Origin: Candidatus Woesearchaeota archaeon
Lineage (GTDB): Archaea > Nanobdellota > Nanobdellia > Woesearchaeales > WAPY01
Direction of reading: 5' to 3'
Length of the DNA: 64,000 bases
NCBI GenBank assembly: GCA_049700835.1
Contig: JBNAUL010000002.1
Location: forward strand, 208,275 to 272,274
Within the stretch, counting starts at the first letter, position 1. The number at the start of each line of letters is the position of its first letter. A program made the translations under genes and the position numbers. Under the pieces are notes generated by a model. It saw only the letters and a program-made list of their open reading frames with translations, did no database searches and was not told the DNA's origin. Below are positions 51,704-60,081 of the stretch, in pieces.

Positions 51704-52810
51704 ATGCCAGAAAAGATTCTTGAAGAATTTGTGAATAAAGAATTTTCTGAATACAGTTCTAAGGAAAGAAATGAAATATTGCGTATTTTGAAAGAGACAA
51801 TGCCTTTGAACCTTCCAATGGCTTATCTTTCTAGCGAAAACAAAGAGGATTATTTGAAAAGCACCTATGATAATCTAAAACAAAAAAAAGAAGATATAGA
51901 ATCAGGAGAAAAAAGAAACTTCCTGGAAAAGGGTTTTGATGTAAGGAATAATGCGAGAATACTTGGGTATTTGTTTTTGATGCATAGAGATTATGAAAAA
52001 GCAACAGACTCTTTTAATTTATCTTCTGATTTTAAAGTTGAAGAGGGCGCGCAAAAATATTATATTCTGCTTTCAGAGAAAAACAGAGAAAGAATAAGCA
52101 ATGTTTTAAAAGAGTTTTATTCAAGAGCATTGAGCCAAGGTTACGAGCCAAGGAGCGCTGATGAGATTTATAAAAATAATGGAGCAAAAAAAATTCCTCA
52201 CGAAGGCAAGGATAAGAAAGAAAATAACAAAGAAGGAATTAAGTGCGAAACCCTGATAGGTACAGGTTTTTTGATTGTTGCTATTGCTTCGGGAACAATA
52301 GGCTACAAAATAATGGAAAAGAAATTTGAAAATAGATTAAAAGAAGAAGGCAGAGATTATGAACAGCAAATTCAGGAATTAAAGAACAATCTTGATTCTC
52401 AAACTTTAAGGAATTCAGAGCTTGAAAAGCAGATTTTGGAGCTTTTAGAATTAAAAGATAAACCTGTTTATGTAGTTACAATGTTGGGCAAGGACGAAAC
52501 AATAACTCACAAGATCGCAGAATATCTTGACTTGTCCCTTGGAAAGTATTATGATGAAATGTCAGCAAGCAGCAGGATAAAGCTAATAAATGATTTTACA
52601 AGAATACTGTACAACATTGAAGAGAACAGCAGAGTTGGTTTAACAATCGAAAGTACAAGAAACCTTCCAGAAAACTTCTTTTTTTACATTCCTGTGTCAA
52701 AGGTTGAAACTAAAAAAATTCAAAATTTGGAAACATGGGTTTTAACAGGAAAGTATAAAGATTTAAATGGAATTATTAAAGAGTATAAGTTCTCAGTTTT
52801 AGATTATTAA
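51704..52810 (+). CDS. Hypothetical protein with a single central TM helix and coiled-coil segment
   Basis: 368 aa. TM at LIGTGFLIVAIASGTIGY. Function unknown. Confidence 0.35.
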   Translation: MPEKILEEFVNKEFSEYSSKERNEILRILKETMPLNLPMAYLSSENKEDYLKSTYDNLKQKKEDIESGEKRNFLEKGFDVRNNARILGYLFLMHRDYEKATDSFNLSSDFKVEEGAQKYYILLSEKNRERISNVLKEFYSRALSQGYEPRSADEIYKNNGAKKIPHEGKDKKENNKEGIKCETLIGTGFLIVAIASGTIGYKIMEKKFENRLKEEGRDYEQQIQELKNNLDSQTLRNSELEKQILELLELKDKPVYVVTMLGKDETITHKIAEYLDLSLGKYYDEMSASSRIKLINDFTRILYNIEENSRVGLTIESTRNLPENFFFYIPVSKVETKKIQNLETWVLTGKYKDLNGIIKEYKFSVLDY

Positions 52811-52869
52811 TATATAATATAAAATTAATATATAAAACAGATATAATAAAAAATTTTCATAGAAACTCT

Positions 52870-53217
52870 ATGGCATCTGATTTAGAAAAATTAATAGAAA
52901 ACATGGAAAAACAGGAAAAAAAAGCAGAGGATTTTAAAGCGCAAAACAACGATGAGATGTTCTTTTCAAGCACTTACATGCTGCTCGATTTGTATTCACA
53001 GTTTTCAAAAAATTATAACCCTGAAAAAGATGTTCTTAACAACAAGCATAAAGAAATATTGTCAAAGATAGAGAATTCAATAAAAAATTTCATTCAGGAA
53101 TATTCTTCTTACCAAGGAAATTGGGTTTTGATTGTTGATGGAAAAATAGAATTGTACGATAAAAACCTTGCAAACATTCTTGATAAAGAATCTGAATATG
53201 TGAAAATGAATATGTGA
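52870..53217 (+). CDS. Hypothetical small protein
   Basis: 115-aa ORF. Confidence 0.3.
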   Translation: MASDLEKLIENMEKQEKKAEDFKAQNNDEMFFSSTYMLLDLYSQFSKNYNPEKDVLNNKHKEILSKIENSIKNFIQEYSSYQGNWVLIVDGKIELYDKNLANILDKESEYVKMNM

Positions 53218-53344
53218 AAAAGGGTAAGAGAATAAGCGAAGTTTATATCCCAGAGCTCGGGGAACAAAAACTTTAGATAAAAATTCTGAAAAAAATAAAA
53301 ACTTTAAATTAAATTATTTAATTTTATTTTAATTTAATTTTATT

Positions 53345-54505
53345 TCAATTGCTTTTTCCAAGCGCTTCTCTTCTCAAAATTTCTGCCTTATCAGTTTTCT
53401 CCCAAGTGAAATCTTCAATCTCAACTCCGAAGTGCCCTAACATCGCTGTTTTTTTGTAAATCGGTCTTCTAAGTTTTAGATACTCAATTATTTGTTTTGG
53501 CTTCAAAGGAAAGATTTTCATGCAAACCTCTCTTATTTTTTCTTCTGGAATTATTGAAGTGTTATAACAATCTATGTCAAAACTCGTTGGTTCTGCAACT
53601 CCGATTGCATAGCTTATTCTTACCAAGCATTTCTTTGCAAGTCCTGATTTTACAACATTCTTTGCAATGTGCCTTGCCATATAAGCAGCGCTCCTGTCAA
53701 CCTTTGTAGGATCCTTTCCTGAGAAAGCACCTCCTCCAGCAGGAACTATCGGCCCGTAGTTGTCAATAACAACCTTTCTTCCAGTAAGCCCTGTGTCTGC
53801 CTGAGGTCCTCCTATCACGAATCTTCCTGTTCCGTTGATTATTATTTTTGTTTCTCTGGTTAAATATTTGCCGCAAACTGGCTTTATTACCTTTTTTAGA
53901 ATGTCCCTCCTCAATTTTTTTAAATCAACATTTGGGCTGTGCTGTGCTGCTATTATTACATTTGTAACATGTTTTGGCTCGTCATTTTCATACAAAACGC
54001 TGACCTGAGATTTTCCATCAGGCCTCAGGTAAGGAATAATCTTTTTCTTTCTTACTTCTTCTAATCTCCTTGTAAGCTTTTTTGCCAAAGAAGTAGGCAA
54101 AGGCAGCAACTCTTTTGTTTCATCGCAGGCATATCCAATCATTATTCCTTGATCCCCTGCTCCTTCTTCGTGCTTTTCTGTTTCATCAACCCCTTTTGCT
54201 ATGTCAGGACTTTGCGGTTGAATTGAAACAAGAACTCCAACTGTTTTATAGTCCAAACCCAAATCCTCGTTGTCATAACCTATCTGCTTTACTGTTTGCC
54301 TTATCACATCTGAAATTTCAACATAGGTTCTCGTTGTTATTTCCCCACCAACTATTATGAGGCCTCTTGTAGTGAATGTTTCGCAAGCAACCCTTGCATT
54401 CTGGTCTTTTTCTATTATCGCATCCAATATTGCATCAGAAAGTATGTCGCACATCTTGTCAGGATGACCCTGACTAACTGATTCAGCAGTCAATATCTTG
54501 TTCAT
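53345..54505 (-). CDS. metK: S-adenosylmethionine synthetase, bacterial/eukaryotic MetK type (not the archaeal MAT type)
   Basis: N-terminal LTAESVSQGHPDKMCDILSDAILDA, GGGAFSGKDPTKVDRSAAY and GHFG motifs are the canonical MetK signatures. Confidence 0.9.
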   Translation of the reverse strand: MNKILTAESVSQGHPDKMCDILSDAILDAIIEKDQNARVACETFTTRGLIIVGGEITTRTYVEISDVIRQTVKQIGYDNEDLGLDYKTVGVLVSIQPQSPDIAKGVDETEKHEEGAGDQGIMIGYACDETKELLPLPTSLAKKLTRRLEEVRKKKIIPYLRPDGKSQVSVLYENDEPKHVTNVIIAAQHSPNVDLKKLRRDILKKVIKPVCGKYLTRETKIIINGTGRFVIGGPQADTGLTGRKVVIDNYGPIVPAGGGAFSGKDPTKVDRSAAYMARHIAKNVVKSGLAKKCLVRISYAIGVAEPTSFDIDCYNTSIIPEEKIREVCMKIFPLKPKQIIEYLKLRRPIYKKTAMLGHFGVEIEDFTWEKTDKAEILRREALGKSN

Positions 54506-54655
54506 GGTATCACCAAATATTGTGTTTCAACGCTTGTTTAAAAATCTTATTGAAAGCAATATTCCAATAGGAATATTTTCTTAAAAATTTATTTATGAGA
54601 TCAAAAAATAAAAATGCGATTGCTCAAAACTAAGGAAAATGTTTGGTTGAAGCAA

Positions 54656-55243
54656 TCAATCTATGCTCTTTAGCTCATAGAAAATGAATTTTTCCCCTGT
54701 GTAGCTCCACTCAACAATAATTTCTCTTTCGCTCACAAGTTTTTTAAGTTCTCTGGAAATCTTGATGATGATTTCCTTGAGCTCATTCCAATGTGGAATG
54801 TTAGAAACATCTTTCAAGATTTCAAATGAATCATTGAATTCCAAAACTCCTTTGTAGTCAACAATGCTGTTCTCTGTTAGGTTCCACAGGCTTCCTTCGC
54901 AGCTTTCTACTACTGCGCTTGTCCTCAAACCAAACTTTATCAAAATGTTTCCGCTAAATTCTGCTTTAAAATAAGGATAGATTATTAAATAGACTCCTTC
55001 CAGAGTTTCAAATTCTGAAAGAAGTTCGTTTATTCTATCTTTTATGTCCCTGCCTGTGAGCCCTACAAATCTCGGAAGCCCAAAATCATCTCCTGATTCA
55101 ACCGCTGTTCTAACTGTATATACAAGATTGTCTTCAAGAGAATTAACAATGTTTTCAGAAATATCTGCCTTTACAATAGTCCAATTAGGCCGTTCCAATC
55201 TTAACTTTTCTATCAATGAAAACCCGTTCAGTTTGTTTATCAT
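54656..55243 (-). CDS. Hypothetical protein
   Basis: 195-aa ORF with no recognised motifs. Confidence 0.35.
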   Translation of the reverse strand: MINKLNGFSLIEKLRLERPNWTIVKADISENIVNSLEDNLVYTVRTAVESGDDFGLPRFVGLTGRDIKDRINELLSEFETLEGVYLIIYPYFKAEFSGNILIKFGLRTSAVVESCEGSLWNLTENSIVDYKGVLEFNDSFEILKDVSNIPHWNELKEIIIKISRELKKLVSEREIIVEWSYTGEKFIFYELKSID

Positions 55244-55428
55244 TTTAAAACCTTGCAGAGCTTTTGCGGACTATTTTACATTTTGCTTTTTTACATTTTG
55301 CTTTTTATTTGCACTCCTTTTTTTTCATCAGTAAACAATCGCATATAAGTAAGTTTGCATAAATAATCTTGCTTTATAAAATTTTGCGTTTTGCTGGCAG
55401 CATTGGTCTTATGATGCTTCTCTTAAAA

Positions 55429-56166
55429 TCATATTATTCTTCTCGAAATTGTTATGAAACCAGTATGTCCTAACATCTCTGTCTTTGGCCTTGACTGCTT
55501 TTCGTTTATTATCCATTCCCTGCAAAAACTTTCAATAGTTTTTATGTGAAGAACATTCTTAAACTTTTTCTGTTCTTCAATGTTCTTAATCACCTGACTG
55601 ATGTTTGGGAGGTAAGCAACCAAATAACCACCCACTTTTAAAGCATCAACGCATTCTGGCAGATAATCCCATGGCTGCGGCATGTCCAAAACTATTGCAT
55701 CTACATTTCTCTCTGAAATATGCTTTAAATCCTTATTCTTCAAAATAAGATTTTTAACTCCGAAAAGCTCCCTGTTTTTCAATGCAAGATTGTAGAATTC
55801 CTTTCTAATCTCATAGCTTATCACCCTCTTAGAAATCAAAGAAAGCATCAATGCAAGGGCTCCTGAACCAGTGCCTGCATCAACAACTATGCTCTCCTTG
55901 TTTATTCCTGTTTCAAAGGCAATTAGTCCTATGTCTTTAAGAGTTATTATCTGAGGTCCTCTGAGCAATCTTTCAAAGAAATCGCGGTAGCTTGGAAGCA
56001 TTATGAAGAATTTCTTTCCCAAGTTTGTCCTGACAATTCCGCTCTTCTTTTTTAAATCCTTCTTTTTTATAAATCCGTACTGAGTGTGAAAATCGTTATC
56101 AAGAGAAGGAACATAGAAAATCCTGTTTTCAGAGTACAAAATTCTCTCAAACTTGTATTTCTTCAT
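55429..56166 (-). CDS. trmI: tRNA (adenine-N1)-methyltransferase TrmI/Gcd14 family
   Basis: SAM motif VVDAGTGSGALAL and the DAIVLDMPQPW motif typical of TrmI (m1A58/57). Confidence 0.7.
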   Translation of the reverse strand: MKKYKFERILYSENRIFYVPSLDNDFHTQYGFIKKKDLKKKSGIVRTNLGKKFFIMLPSYRDFFERLLRGPQIITLKDIGLIAFETGINKESIVVDAGTGSGALALMLSLISKRVISYEIRKEFYNLALKNRELFGVKNLILKNKDLKHISERNVDAIVLDMPQPWDYLPECVDALKVGGYLVAYLPNISQVIKNIEEQKKFKNVLHIKTIESFCREWIINEKQSRPKTEMLGHTGFITISRRII

Positions 56167-56238
56167 AAATTATTTTCTAATAAACAAATATTTAAAAATT
56201 TTGTGTTATTACATGACTCTAAGAATGAAAAAAGATAA

Positions 56239-56631
56239 AAAAAAAGCAGGTTCGTTGTTCAGGAGCATTTTTCAAGAACTCATCACTTTGATTTTCGGCT
56301 TGAACTTGACAATGTCTTGAAGAGCTGGGCTGTTCCAAAAGGTCTTCCTGAAAAAACAGGAATAATGAGGTTGGCTGTTCAGACAGAGGACCATGATTTG
56401 GATTATATAAATTTTGAAGGGGAAATTCCAGAAGGTTTTTACGGCGCTGGAAAGGTGAAGATTTTTGATTCAGGTAGTTTTGAGCTCGTTGAGAGAACTC
56501 AAGATAAAATAGTTTTCGTGCTGAATGGAAAAAAATTAAGAGGAAAATACACGCTTTTGAGAGCAAGTTATAAAAATTCGGACAATAAAAATTGGCTAGT
56601 GATAAAGAACAAAGTCAGCAGCAAACAATAA
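56239..56631 (+). CDS. Stand-alone LigD-type 3'-phosphoesterase (PE) domain protein; the 5' end is ambiguous and a poly-A frameshift is possible
   Basis: In-frame translation from the upstream stop gives KKSRFVVQEHFSRTHHFDFRLELDNVLKSWAVPKGLPEKTGIMRLAVQTEDHDLDYINFEGEIPEGFYGAGKV, the LigD-PE signature (H..R.HYDLRLE..GVL.SWAVPKG...KRLAV..EDHP..Y..FEG.IP.G.YGAG). The only ATG (56225) is in the +1 frame, separated from this frame by a run of nine A's (56238-56246). The track ORF begins at a TTG at 56317. Confidence 0.6.
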   Translation, partial: KKSRFVVQEHFSRTHHFDFRLELDNVLKSWAVPKGLPEKTGIMRLAVQTEDHDLDYINFEGEIPEGFYGAGKVKIFDSGSFELVERTQDKIVFVLNGKKLRGKYTLLRASYKNSDNKNWLVIKNKVSSKQ

Positions 56632-56692
56632 AAAGTTCAAACAAAAATCATTTTTACAATTTTTCATAAAGTTTTATAAAATTTTCAGCAAG

Positions 56693-57247
56693 GTGGTTTT
56701 GGTGGTTTCAGCGGTTTTTAAGAATAGCAGGAGATTAAAGAACAAGAATTTCTTAAGAAATTCTATGCTATTCAGCATTATGTTCAGCATTCTTTTTATT
56801 CTGCTTTTTTTAGAATCTGCACATTCAGAGAACTCAGATATCTGCATAAGAAGAGAAGTTATTTTCAATGAAAAAAACAAAAATGCAAACACTGTTTTAG
56901 TCAAACTCAATGCAAGGACAAACAAGACAATAGAGTTTTATGAGGTGATTCCTAAAGAATGCGCAGTCGGAGAGCATGGAACTATGAGCGCTTCAAAGAA
57001 CACGCTTAAAGCAACGATAAGCAATGATTCTGAAATGAAATACGAACTAATGTGCAACTACGGAAACCACACAATACAGGGGTATTATTTTGTAGAAGGT
57101 AATTACAAGCAGAAATTCTACATTGAGAATACAACATTCTTTATTCAAAAAGTCATTCCAAAAGAACTTCCGATATGGCTTTGGTTTGTTCTTCTGATGC
57201 TACTCATAATATTTTTCATAGCAGTGCTTAAGAGAGAAGAGTTATAA
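56693..57247 (+). CDS. Small surface/secreted protein with N-terminal signal-anchor and C-terminal TM anchor, hypothetical
   Basis: 184 aa. Hydrophobic N-terminus (residues ~25-42), NxS/T sequons, C-terminal LPIWLWFVLLMLLIIFFIAVL followed by KREEL. Confidence 0.35.
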   Translation: MVLVVSAVFKNSRRLKNKNFLRNSMLFSIMFSILFILLFLESAHSENSDICIRREVIFNEKNKNANTVLVKLNARTNKTIEFYEVIPKECAVGEHGTMSASKNTLKATISNDSEMKYELMCNYGNHTIQGYYFVEGNYKQKFYIENTTFFIQKVIPKELPIWLWFVLLMLLIIFFIAVLKREEL

Positions 57248-57258
57248 AAAACAAAAAA

Positions 57259-57927
57259 ATGAAGATCCAAGAGATAAAAAACCTTCTAAAAGAGGAATTG
57301 TATAACATCCTGGAAAGCGAGGGGATAGAGGAATTAAGACCTGCTCAAGAAAAAGCAATAAGGGCAGGGCTTCTTAATGGAAAAAACCTTCTTATCTGCA
57401 CTCCGACTGCTTCTGGGAAAACTTTAATAGCAGAGATAGCAATGGTAAATACGATACTCTCAAATGGAGGCAAGGCTGTTTACATTTCCCCGTTAAAAGC
57501 CCTTGCAAATGAAAAGTACAATGATTTTAGAAGAAAATACTCAAACTTGATGCGGATTGCATTATCCATTGGAGATTTTGATTCTGCTGACGCGTATTTG
57601 ATGGACTACGATTTGATAATCATAACTTCTGAAAAACTTGACTCTTTGATAAGGCACAATGCTCCGTGGATTCCAATGATAAGGGTTGTAATAATTGATG
57701 AAGTACACCTGCTAAATGATTTTGAAAGAGGCCCTACCCTTGAAATCTTGATAACTCTTTTGAAACAAGTTTTGAAGAAAGTTCAGATAATTGCGCTCTC
57801 AGCAACAATAGGCAATCCAAAAGTATTGGCAGAGTGGTTGAATGCTGATTTGATTATAGACGATTGGAGACCTGTAAAATTGAAAAAAGGAGTTTTACAC
57901 AATTGGGAAATAAAATTTTTTGAATAG
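57259..57927 (+). CDS. Hel308/Ski2-like helicase, N-terminal RecA1 (DEAD/DEAH box) domain only; the gene is truncated after ~222 codons
   Basis: Motif Q/I (ELRPAQ; CTPTASGKT), Ia (YISPLKALANEKY), II (IIDEVHLL), III (SAT), then DWRPVKLKKGVL, which aligns with the Hel308 block DWRPVPLxEGV. A stop follows. The RIO-kinase gene on the opposite strand starts 9 bp later, so the RecA2, winged-helix and ratchet domains are absent. Confidence 0.6.
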   Translation: MKIQEIKNLLKEELYNILESEGIEELRPAQEKAIRAGLLNGKNLLICTPTASGKTLIAEIAMVNTILSNGGKAVYISPLKALANEKYNDFRRKYSNLMRIALSIGDFDSADAYLMDYDLIIITSEKLDSLIRHNAPWIPMIRVVIIDEVHLLNDFERGPTLEILITLLKQVLKKVQIIALSATIGNPKVLAEWLNADLIIDDWRPVKLKKGVLHNWEIKFFE

Positions 57928-57935
57928 TTCTATTT

Positions 57936-58667
57936 TCACGGCAACTTATCAGGGGGAATCTTCTTTACAATCTTTTCAACAATTTCTCCTGCATCATACT
58001 TTTCTTCATGCAAAACGCTGTTGAAGAACCTACAAACGTTGAAAACATCTCTTGAAAGGTAATTCAAAGAATCTTGGTTTCTCATAGGAGTTGAATGGCT
58101 CAAATCAATAAAATACGGCTTTCCTTCATAGTTTAGTATGTTGAACTCAGAGAGATCTCCATGAACAAAACCATGAACCGCAAACTTCTCTATGTTTTTG
58201 AAAACTTGCTTTGCAAAGTTTTCTACATTCTCAGGCAGAGAGTCCTTAATACTTGGAGCAGGGTTTTCCTTCCCTATGAATTCCATTATCAAAATGTTCT
58301 TTTGGAATGCGATTGGCTTTGGAGCGTTTATTCTTGCTCTTTGCGCGTTTATTAGATTTCTGAACTCCCTCTGACACCAAGCAAATATAACCTTCCTGCG
58401 CTTGTTAGCCAAGCCCTTAAATCTTGGGTCTCCTCTTATGTAAAAAAACATTCTCTTGAAATCAGCTGTCTGAAGCCTGTAAATTTTCACTATAACCTTC
58501 TCGTTGCTTTTTGTAAGCGCAAAAAAGATATTTGACTCTTTGCCAACAGCAATGTTTCCTTTTAGCTCCTCAAAAATTCCCTTGTTTATCAAAATTTTTA
58601 AATTGTTGATTGTAAAATTGTCAAAAACATCCTGCCAAACCTCAAATTTTTCTTTCCATTTAGGCAT
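57936..58667 (-). CDS. rio1: RIO-type serine/threonine protein kinase (Rio1-like)
   Basis: GKESNIF (cf. STGKEANVY), KIYR, FAWCQREFRNL, LIMEFIG, VHGDLSEFNIL and IDLSHS match the RIO family blocks. Confidence 0.8.
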   Translation of the reverse strand: MPKWKEKFEVWQDVFDNFTINNLKILINKGIFEELKGNIAVGKESNIFFALTKSNEKVIVKIYRLQTADFKRMFFYIRGDPRFKGLANKRRKVIFAWCQREFRNLINAQRARINAPKPIAFQKNILIMEFIGKENPAPSIKDSLPENVENFAKQVFKNIEKFAVHGFVHGDLSEFNILNYEGKPYFIDLSHSTPMRNQDSLNYLSRDVFNVCRFFNSVLHEEKYDAGEIVEKIVKKIPPDKLP

Positions 58668-58898
58668 AACAATGAATGTTTTTTGAAAGTTTAAAAATTT
58701 TTTTAAAGAAAAAAATTAAAAAAAATTTAAAATAGAAAAGTTTAAAAACAACACTAACTTATTTTTCAAAACGATAATCATTTAAAAGTAGAAATTAAAT
58801 TCAAGATATCAAATTAATATTAAATAATTAAATAATCTAAATAATCAATATTGGATTTAATCAGTTGAATACTGACAAACAAACGAGCAGGTGATAGA

Positions 58899-59219
58899 AT
58901 GCAAAAGAGCATGAGGGAAATTGTCAATGAACTTTCTTATGAGGATCTTTTAAAATTCAAGAAAGATCTTGAAGAGAATTCTTTTCAGATAAAAAAACTC
59001 GTCGAACAGAGGATTAGGCAGGAGATTGAAAAAAATTCTCATGTTTGCGCCAACTGCGGAAGAAAGATGAATCCCTACGAGGATGATGAACTTTGCTTAA
59101 TCTTTGGGCCTCCTGATTTCAAAAGAAGGGCTTATTTCTGTGGGATTGACTGCCTTGAGTATTTTCTTGCAGAACTGAAGAAGATTGAAGTCAAAAAACT
59201 AAAAATTCCTAAAATTTAA
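58899..59219 (+). CDS. Small zinc-ribbon protein, hypothetical
   Basis: 106 aa. CANCGRK...C..GIDC pattern (CxxC...CxxxC). Confidence 0.35.
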   Translation: MQKSMREIVNELSYEDLLKFKKDLEENSFQIKKLVEQRIRQEIEKNSHVCANCGRKMNPYEDDELCLIFGPPDFKRRAYFCGIDCLEYFLAELKKIEVKKLKIPKI

Positions 59220-59245
59220 AAAGCAGAGCAAAATACCAGTAATTT

Positions 59246-59917
59246 ATGGAGAAATACTTAAATGAAATAAGAGTGCCCAAGGAAAGAGTAGCAGTTGTCA
59301 TTGGAAAGAAGGGTGAGACAAAAGAAAAGATTGAGAAAGAACTCAACTGCAAACTAAGAATTGATTCTGAAACAGGGCTTGTAACAATAAATTCAAAGGA
59401 TGCAATAATGCTCTACAAGGCGTCAGAGATAATAAAGGCAATAGCCCGTGGTTTCAGTCCTGAGAATGCTTTTCTCCTTCTGAAAACAGATTATGTTCTT
59501 GAAATAATTTCTTTAAAAGAATACATAAAATCAAGCAATAGGATGAAGATAGTGCTTGGAAGGATAATAGGAAGCAATGGAAAGTCAAAGAGGACTATTG
59601 AAGAACTAACAAACACTGTAATATCTGTCTATGGAAAAACTGTTTCAATAATAGGGGAGACATTGAATGTCATCAATGCAAGAAGAGCTGTAACAATGCT
59701 TATAAACGGGGCGCAGCACACAAGGGTTTTTAGTTTTCTAAGCAAAATTGCTGAAGAGGAAAAGAAGATAAGCATGCTTGGTTATGAGGAAAGGGAGGAT
59801 GTTGTTTATAAAAAGATTGACGAGCAATTGAATAAAAACAAGAAAGAAAATAAAAAAGAGAGAAAGACAACTGAAAACAATAAAAATAAAAACAAGAAAT
59901 TAGAGACAAAAGAGTAA
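59246..59917 (+). CDS. KH-domain RNA-binding protein (archaeal Dim2/Pno1-like, COG1094)
   Basis: Two KH-like segments (VVIGKKGETKEKIEKE; IIGSNGKSKRTIEE) with GxxG loops. Adjacent to the RIO kinase, as is common for archaeal ribosome-biogenesis genes. Confidence 0.6.
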   Translation: MEKYLNEIRVPKERVAVVIGKKGETKEKIEKELNCKLRIDSETGLVTINSKDAIMLYKASEIIKAIARGFSPENAFLLLKTDYVLEIISLKEYIKSSNRMKIVLGRIIGSNGKSKRTIEELTNTVISVYGKTVSIIGETLNVINARRAVTMLINGAQHTRVFSFLSKIAEEEKKISMLGYEEREDVVYKKIDEQLNKNKKENKKERKTTENNKNKNKKLETKE

Positions 59918-60081
59918 AACCTAAAGAGTAAAGCAGAAAGACAAAAACTGGCTGAATTTTTAAAAAATATGAGATATTTAGAGCAGGAGAAAAAGAAGAA
60001 AAAAGCGCAAAAAACAAGCAATGAACAGCAATGAATAAAATTAGAAAAATATAAAAATAACCAAAAGAGCAAGCAAGAAAA

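Noticed and set aside
56219-56566. 115-aa minus-strand ORF overlapping the LigD-PE gene
   Set aside because: The plus-strand frame carries an unmistakable LigD-PE signature, so the antisense ORF is coincidental.
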